Virus record (IMG/VR): IMGVR_UViG_3300025834_000005
Direction: 5' to 3' (one strand)
DNA length: 64,000 nucleotides
From: a virus
Shown: positions 58,566 to 64,000 of the stretch, piece after piece
Position numbering within the stretch: the first letter of the stretch is position 1
Layout: each line of letters begins with the position of its first letter
Position numbers and translations under genes: made by a program
Notes under the pieces: generated by a model
What the model was told of the DNA's origin: nothing
Databases searched by the model: none
What the model saw: the letters and a program-made list of their open reading frames with translations, nothing else

Positions 58566-60842
58566 ATGTTGTTAGCAAAAAGCACTGGAAATATAACATT
58601 GTTAAGTCATTCCACGTTGGTTTCGCATATATGCGAGAAATTAATAAAAAAAGCCTTAAATGTAAAAGATGATGATCTGATTAAGTCAATTAAAATCGGC
58701 GGATTATTACATGACATAGCAAAAGCTTTGTCTATTTTTCAGAAAATGCTGAAAAAACAAAGGGATGAAGATAGTGCGAAAAATAAATTCAGGCATAATG
58801 AGATAGGTTGGGCATTTTTATACAGTTACTTAAATGTTAACGACAGTATACTGTCGTTGGTACTGGATATGATATACTGGCATCATGGGATATCAAATGA
58901 AATGGGTAAATACACATCAGATGAAATTCTCGATAGTATAGCAGATAAGGACGCTGAAATATTAATAATGAAAAATGTTTTAGTGGAATTACTTGGTGCT
59001 GAATATTTATTATCTGCACCACGAGAAGATATATATGGTAAAAAAACTCCCATATATTACACCCTTGACAATTTGAATGAATTTACAGAAAAATCAATAT
59101 TATGTCGCACGTGCTTAATTTCAGCTGATAGACTTGCATCGAAATTAGAAGAGTCTAAATACGCATATGACATTGATAATGAGATTAATTTAATCATTGC
59201 AAAGGAAACGCCATTCAAAATAACAACCTGTCCGAGTGAATATAATAAGAGCAGATTTGACGCTCAGTTGGAGATAGCAAAAAAATGCTCTAACACAACC
59301 ATTGTCAAAGGCCCTGGCGGTTTCGGTAAAACCTGCGTAGGCTTAATCTGGGCATCTTTAAGCAATAAAAAGGTTATATGGGCATGCCCCAGAAATGGCG
59401 TTGCTGAATCAGCATACATATCATTGAAGAATGAAATAGAGTCATTTGGACTGAATATAAAAATGGAATTATTTCTAACTGGCGAGATAAAAGAAGCTAA
59501 TTATGATATCCAAGAACCCTTTACATCTGATATCATAGTAACGAATATTGACAATTTTCTCAGTCCAACCGTTAGTATGCGTTCAGCTGACCGACTATTT
59601 TTAATTAATAATGCTGATGTTATATTTGACGAATATCATGAATTAACAACAGAAGCCGCATTATTCGCATGTTCCATAAATATCATGCGTCTACGCAACA
59701 TGTTTACAGATTCAAGAACATTATTTTTATCTGCAACACCGATAGCTGTGGAATTTTTATGGAATACTATATCCAGACCCACATTAGTATTACCAAATGC
59801 TGCAACACATTACAAAGCTGCTCATGATCGTAAAGCATTAATTCGAATTACTGATAACTTACCTAAGTTAGAGGAATCAAATACATTATATTTGACAAAC
59901 GCTATTTCAAATGCACAAGATTATAAGGACATGTTTGACTGTAATAGTTTAATACACAGCGGATTCACAGAAGAAGATAAGCATACGAAAATACTTGACC
60001 TATATACTGTATATGGTAAGTCAAGTATTAGAAATATAAAAAAGCCCAATGTTATGGGTACTCGCATCATACAAGCCAGTTTTGATATATCATTTCAAAA
60101 TGTTTCTGAATCAGTTTTATCGCCAGAGGCAACGATGCAAGCATTACCGAGAGGCGAAAGATGGGGCGATTATATCAAACAAGCAATATTTACGACATAT
60201 AACGTTCGTGGTTATGAATCTAAAGCCGAAAATAAAGTGCGTGACATACTATATGAGAAAGACCTTACAGATATATGGTTTGAATATTTGAGACAGTTTA
60301 ATGGTACTCAAATGTCATTTGACGAACTATACTGCGTATATAATGAATACAGTTCAATTCATAAAAAGGAAATTAAGGATTATATACTAAGGAAATATCG
60401 CACAAGCAGAACAATTCTCAGTACGATCTACCCAAAACATTTCAGAAATATTTCAAAAACAGCGATAAAAACAGCTGGAAGTAATAAATTAAGATCAGTC
60501 GGTAACGAAATATTCGTAACAATGCGATATTATAATTCAGATAAATATACCAATCCTATAAGCACAAGAATATATAAATCTATCGATATCGACTTTGATG
60601 AAACCTCAAAAACAAGGACTCAATTAATTCATGCGATGCAAGCAATATCAAAAAGCGGTGACGAAAGGTTTGAATATGAGGAACTTCTAAATAACAAGGA
60701 AAACATGACCTTAGACGCAATCCGAAAATACGGTTTAAAATCAAATACACCATATATAAGGTTTGACCAAGTATATCATCCTGACTACGGCGGTATAAAA
60801 CCAGCACGATTAGAAAATATTTTAAAAAGCTTAAAAAAGTAG
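58566..60842 (+). CDS. cas3: Cas3 HD nuclease / SF2 helicase
   Basis: HD motifs LLSHS, LLHDIAK, RHNEIGW, YWHHG, SADRLAS; helicase motifs GPGGFGKT (I), DEYH (II), SAT (III), IQASFD (V); promoter motif 58519..58548. Confidence 0.85.
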   Translation: MLLAKSTGNITLLSHSTLVSHICEKLIKKALNVKDDDLIKSIKIGGLLHDIAKALSIFQKMLKKQRDEDSAKNKFRHNEIGWAFLYSYLNVNDSILSLVLDMIYWHHGISNEMGKYTSDEILDSIADKDAEILIMKNVLVELLGAEYLLSAPREDIYGKKTPIYYTLDNLNEFTEKSILCRTCLISADRLASKLEESKYAYDIDNEINLIIAKETPFKITTCPSEYNKSRFDAQLEIAKKCSNTTIVKGPGGFGKTCVGLIWASLSNKKVIWACPRNGVAESAYISLKNEIESFGLNIKMELFLTGEIKEANYDIQEPFTSDIIVTNIDNFLSPTVSMRSADRLFLINNADVIFDEYHELTTEAALFACSINIMRLRNMFTDSRTLFLSATPIAVEFLWNTISRPTLVLPNAATHYKAAHDRKALIRITDNLPKLEESNTLYLTNAISNAQDYKDMFDCNSLIHSGFTEEDKHTKILDLYTVYGKSSIRNIKKPNVMGTRIIQASFDISFQNVSESVLSPEATMQALPRGERWGDYIKQAIFTTYNVRGYESKAENKVRDILYEKDLTDIWFEYLRQFNGTQMSFDELYCVYNEYSSIHKKEIKDYILRKYRTSRTILSTIYPKHFRNISKTAIKTAGSNKLRSVGNEIFVTMRYYNSDKYTNPISTRIYKSIDIDFDETSKTRTQLIHAMQAISKSGDERFEYEELLNNKENMTLDAIRKYGLKSNTPYIRFDQVYHPDYGGIKPARLENILKSLKK

Positions 60843-60872
60843 TTGTATATATAAAAATAAGTTTTACCTTTG
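60843..60872 (+). promoter_or_regulatory. host-type promoter in front of cas7-cas5-cas6
   Basis: TTG-N19-TACCTTTG, 37 nt before ATG 60910. Confidence 0.5.
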
Positions 60873-60909
60873 TCGCATAATAATAAATCAAATTTTAATA
60901 ATTTTAAAA

Positions 60910-61980
60910 ATGACAGTAAAAAACATTTTATTTAAAGTCGATCTAATCGGCAATGGTATCGTAAACATGGACTCGAATGAGCAGAAATGGGTTTTTAATG
61001 ATACCGACTCACACCTGAAATCCTTTTATAAAAACACTTCATATGCGAAGAAAAATTTCTACAAAGATGAAAACGGTAAATTGATTTACAAGATCAAGAT
61101 TTCATCTGATTGTCTTAAACACGACATGTATAAGACAGACGTGATCGCACAATCTCCAAAGATCGCTATTGAGGACACAGTGCTTTATGCTTTTATTGCG
61201 TCTCCCATGTCAATTGCCAGAGGCTACCTGTTCGCAAACAAAAAGGAAACGTTAAAGAGACGTGGTGCTCTATGCATTTGTGACGCTGAACAAACCTGTA
61301 ACGCTGTATCGACTATGGAATTCTTTTCCAAATCAGGCGAAAAAACCACAAACGATGGCGACACGGATAAAGCAGATACAACTATCTACAAAAAAGAAAC
61401 TGTTGGGGATATTAAGTATACTACAATCGGAGATATCGACCTATCAGCTTTGCAGTTCATCAGCACCGATCAGGTTTTCGATAGGTTCGCTTTTAATCCT
61501 GATAAATTTTCGATGTATAAATCATTCTTAAGCATGAGAATGAAAAACTTCAACTCTGAATTAGGTTACTACCAACTGAACGGTTCAGCTATTGATATTC
61601 CTGAGTACGGAATTAAGCTTTCAAATGAAAACGTTCTTGATCTTGTTAAAGACACCCTGAAAAAGCTGTTGGCTATTAACATAAAAAGAAAAGGCTCGTT
61701 CGCTAAAGTATCTTCTTTGAAAATTAAACTGGTTGAAAATCCGATTGAAGAATTTTTAACAGGTGACGATAACTGGATTGATTTAAAAAGCTTCGAAGAT
61801 ATCGATAAACTCGATTTTGTTGCTGACGACTTCTACGGCTATGTTGATCTTGCCGAAGCATTGAAACGCAGAGAAGCTATCGAAGAAGCCTTAAGAGCTG
61901 AAAAAGCTAAGGATAAAGCTGAAAAGCTTGATAAAGATTCTAAGAAAGCAGCATCAAAAAAAGCTAAAGATGCCGAGTGA
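60910..61980 (+). CDS. cas7: Cas7-like backbone subunit with Lys/Glu-rich C-terminal tail
   Basis: position in the operon; GNGIVNMDSNE and ISSDCLKHDMYK resemble the Cas7 (Csa2/DevR-type) N-terminal motifs; tail EEALRAEKAKDKAEKLDKDSKKAASKKAKDAE. Confidence 0.55.
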   Translation: MTVKNILFKVDLIGNGIVNMDSNEQKWVFNDTDSHLKSFYKNTSYAKKNFYKDENGKLIYKIKISSDCLKHDMYKTDVIAQSPKIAIEDTVLYAFIASPMSIARGYLFANKKETLKRRGALCICDAEQTCNAVSTMEFFSKSGEKTTNDGDTDKADTTIYKKETVGDIKYTTIGDIDLSALQFISTDQVFDRFAFNPDKFSMYKSFLSMRMKNFNSELGYYQLNGSAIDIPEYGIKLSNENVLDLVKDTLKKLLAINIKRKGSFAKVSSLKIKLVENPIEEFLTGDDNWIDLKSFEDIDKLDFVADDFYGYVDLAEALKRREAIEEALRAEKAKDKAEKLDKDSKKAASKKAKDAE

Positions 61981-62803
61981 GATTAAATGCTTAACTTTAA
62001 AGTTCCGAAACGCTAAACTGTTTCGGAACGATAAAAAATGCCCTGATTATGTATCAGATATCAACGGCATTAGAAAAAGAACCGATGAGCCTCAGTATGT
62101 TGAGCCTATAACTGCTTATCAGGTAGCCAACGTATTACGAACATTATTCGGCGAAAGACCTGTTCCATCATTAAGGAAAGTTTTATTCACTGGTGATAAA
62201 TATTATCATGATAAGGCAAACGAATCATTAATACGTATTGATGGCTATAAACGATTTAATAAAAATAAACAAGAATTTCAGTATGTAACTGAATTAATGT
62301 CAACAAAAAAAATCGTAAGCAATAGCTATAATTCGACGCCAGTTATAACATGGAATATTGTAAAAAGATATGTGGGTGATGAAAACATGGAATGGTTTAT
62401 CGCCGAGCTATCAAGACTTATGATCAATCCTTTGGATAAACCATTTGAAGAGGTTCGTGCTGTATTACTAAACAGCGATTACAATATTCTTGCTACTGGA
62501 CTTAAAGCCAGAATGCTTACAGGTTTAGTTGAGTATATAAAAAATGATAAGATGGCTTATCAGATGACAGCTAAAACAGAAACAGCCTTGATCTATAATA
62601 ATGGTATTGAGAATATTGTTGTTTTAAGCGGAGAGATATTAGTTCCTGTTAGCGATGAAGACCTTGAAAAACTCTCAAAATCAAAGGGTTGTTCAACAAT
62701 TCTCGATGGCGGCTTAGTTTGGATTGACTCGATCAAATCCTATAACTTTGTTTCTGATGATGGCTTTACCAAAGTATGCGACATTTCAACTGAAAAATAT
62801 TAA
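61970..62803 (+). CDS. cas5: Cas5-like subunit (277 aa from ATG 61970; track ORF starts at 61928)
   Basis: position between the cas7-like gene and cas6; N-terminus LTLKFRNAKLFRN...PITAYQVANVLRTLFGE resembles the Cas5 N-terminal strand-helix pattern; 11-nt overlap with the cas7-like gene. Confidence 0.45.
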   Translation: MPSEIKCLTLKFRNAKLFRNDKKCPDYVSDINGIRKRTDEPQYVEPITAYQVANVLRTLFGERPVPSLRKVLFTGDKYYHDKANESLIRIDGYKRFNKNKQEFQYVTELMSTKKIVSNSYNSTPVITWNIVKRYVGDENMEWFIAELSRLMINPLDKPFEEVRAVLLNSDYNILATGLKARMLTGLVEYIKNDKMAYQMTAKTETALIYNNGIENIVVLSGEILVPVSDEDLEKLSKSKGCSTILDGGLVWIDSIKSYNFVSDDGFTKVCDISTEKY

Positions 62804-62806
62804 ACA

Positions 62807-63541
62807 ATGAGATTAAAAGTAGAATTCAATTCGACAACAGAAAGCGTACCCAGCAATCTAAAGCATTTAAATAGCTTTATTCATAGGATTTTGGGCGAAA
62901 ATAACATATACCATAACAAAAGCGGAGACTACAGCATTTCGCATCTATGTGGCGGTAAACTAAGCAAAGATAGATTAACTGTTTCCTTTCCCAATGGTAG
63001 CCCATTTATTATCATAACCTCTGAGGATATGACATTTTTAAATAAGATTATCGTGGGGTTAATGGATGAAAAAAATAAGGATTATGGTTTTGGCGTGACA
63101 TTTAAAAACATGACCTTTATTAATGAGGAATTGTATAATGGATGGAATCACTTCTTTGTGCTATCGCCAATTTTAATTAAAGGACGTGAGGAAAATGACC
63201 CAAGATACATCAATATCCTATCTAAAGATGAATCTGGTAGACATACGGTTATTAATGAGAATTATAAAGACAGACTGCAAAAACAGATCATTCATAAATT
63301 CTCAACAATCGACCCTACCTTAGACTTCTCAGACTTTGAACTGGTTATCAGCGACAAGCTTAAACGTGTGTATAATATCATGGATAAAAATGTTATTAAT
63401 TCAGCCTCTGTGTTTCAATTCAGCGTCAAAACAAATAAAAAGGTTGCTACCATGCTCTACAATATCGGCGTAGGTCAATCAACTAATTCAGGCTTTGGCA
63501 CGATCTATAAAACCGAAAATTATGATCTTTTCAAATTTTAG
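62807..63541 (+). CDS. cas6: Cas6-like crRNA endoribonuclease
   Basis: MRLKVEF... start, C-terminal Gly-rich loop GVGQSTNSGFGTIYK, located immediately upstream of the array. Confidence 0.65.
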   Translation: MRLKVEFNSTTESVPSNLKHLNSFIHRILGENNIYHNKSGDYSISHLCGGKLSKDRLTVSFPNGSPFIIITSEDMTFLNKIIVGLMDEKNKDYGFGVTFKNMTFINEELYNGWNHFFVLSPILIKGREENDPRYINILSKDESGRHTVINENYKDRLQKQIIHKFSTIDPTLDFSDFELVISDKLKRVYNIMDKNVINSASVFQFSVKTNKKVATMLYNIGVGQSTNSGFGTIYKTENYDLFKF

Positions 63542-63550
63542 GAATAAGAA

Positions 63551-63591
63551 AATCATGACAAAAGAACCCCATAATAGCTTTTGTCATGATT
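63551..63591 (+). terminator. hairpin between cas6 and the CRISPR array
   Basis: AATCATGACAAAAG / CTTTTGTCATGATT 14-bp stem followed by TTTAT. Confidence 0.55.
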
Positions 63592-63648
63592 TTATGGATC
63601 AAAATGCGAATGTAACTAACTGTGATAGTCGCATTTGCTGCGAGGTAC

Positions 63649-64000
63649 AGTGGTATATAATTCGATTCTAAAGGGAATCACAACTAATTCATGTGCGGTA
63701 ATGCTGCAAACCAGAGTGGTATATAATTCGATTCTAAAGGGAATCACAACACTTATTGACGAGGCAGATGCAATTGCGACAGTGGTATATAATTCGATTC
63801 TAAAGGGAATCACAACTTCTCATGTATTTATTATCGAAGCCAGACAAGTGGTATATAATTCGATTCTAAAGGGAATCACAACGTGGCATGTAAGATTGCA
63901 GCAGGTAGCTTGAGTGGTATATAATTCGATTCTAAAGGGAATCACAAATAAGCTTCAAAAGTATGATAATGACATTATAGTGGTATATAGTTCAACACCA
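63649..64000 (+). CRISPR. CRISPR array: 36-nt repeat AGTGGTATATAATTCGATTCTAAAGGGAATCACAAC, 30-nt spacers
   Basis: repeats at 63649-63684, 63715-63750, 63781-63816, 63847-63882, 63913-63948 (last base C to A), and a degenerate sixth repeat from 63979 cut by the window end; five unique 30-nt spacers. Confidence 0.95.

Noticed and set aside
60049-61531. Internal alternative-frame track ORFs 60049..60291, 61262..61531 and 60580..60891 (-) within the cas3 and cas7-like genes.
   Set aside because: They are embedded in longer ORFs with clear Cas motifs and have no independent signals.
63616-63913. Track ORFs 63616..63813 (-) and 63635..63913 (+) have an internally repeated peptide (VVYNSILKGITT / IPFRIELYTT).
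   Set aside because: They are translations of the CRISPR repeats, not genes.
63649-64000. Reading the array as a type II-C locus on the minus strand, because the reverse complement starts GTTGTGATTCCCTTT and the geometry is 36/30.
   Set aside because: There is no Cas9 or tracrRNA-like anti-repeat anywhere in the window. The array directly follows a cas6-like gene. The hairpin and degenerate terminal repeat fit + strand transcription. The resemblance is kept only as a note in the findings.
1-64000. Interpreting the window as an integrated prophage or genomic island with attachment sites.
   Set aside because: There is no integrase, recombinase, transposase or flanking host housekeeping gene in the window. 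The single tRNA-like element has its own phage promoter and no nearby direct repeat.

Overview
This is a 64-kb, AT-rich window with about 140 short ORFs, all but three of them on the + strand. I found no rRNA, canonical tRNA, integrase or transposase. It reads as the early/accessory arm of a large phage of a Bacteroidota (Flavobacteriia-like) host. Supporting signs are the absence of Shine-Dalgarno sites, A-rich leaders, TTG-N19/20-TAnnTTTG boxes, and lipoprotein and outer-membrane-protein signal peptides.

Recognisable products:
- Rnl2-like RNA ligase and ATP-dependent DNA ligase
- two MazG-like proteins, a NUDIX hydrolase and a HAD phosphatase (- strand)
- a glucosaminidase-type lysin
- HNH-AP2 and GIY-YIG homing endonucleases
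- a ParB-like protein and two DUF262-like proteins
- an XRE-type HTH protein and a SLOG/DUF2493 protein
- a kinase-like protein
- a 6-TM voltage-gated-type K+ channel
- a beta-barrel outer-membrane protein

Main observations:
1. At 58.5-64.0 kb there is a compact type I-like CRISPR-Cas module (cas3, a cas7-like gene, a cas5-like gene, cas6), followed by an array of 36-nt repeats and 30-nt spacers that runs off the window end. No cas8, cas11, cas1, cas2 or cas4 is visible in the window. cas3 sits behind one of the phage's own promoter motifs.
2. A 30-nt motif with fixed geometry, TGTAACC-N13-TACGTATAAC, occurs 58 times on the + strand, each time in front of a gene or a noncoding unit. It often shares its first arm with a terminator hairpin or supplies the stop codon of the upstream gene.
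3. The palindrome TTAATTAA(AAA) is strongly over-represented at cistron junctions.
4. Several noncoding units sit directly behind these promoter motifs. They include a 153-nt tRNA-like element and a unit of about 500 nt.
5. A 580-bp intergenic region rich in iteron-like repeats may be an origin or control region.
6. There are multi-copy paralog families and three apparently frameshifted small genes.

All functional calls come from motifs read by eye. No database search was run.
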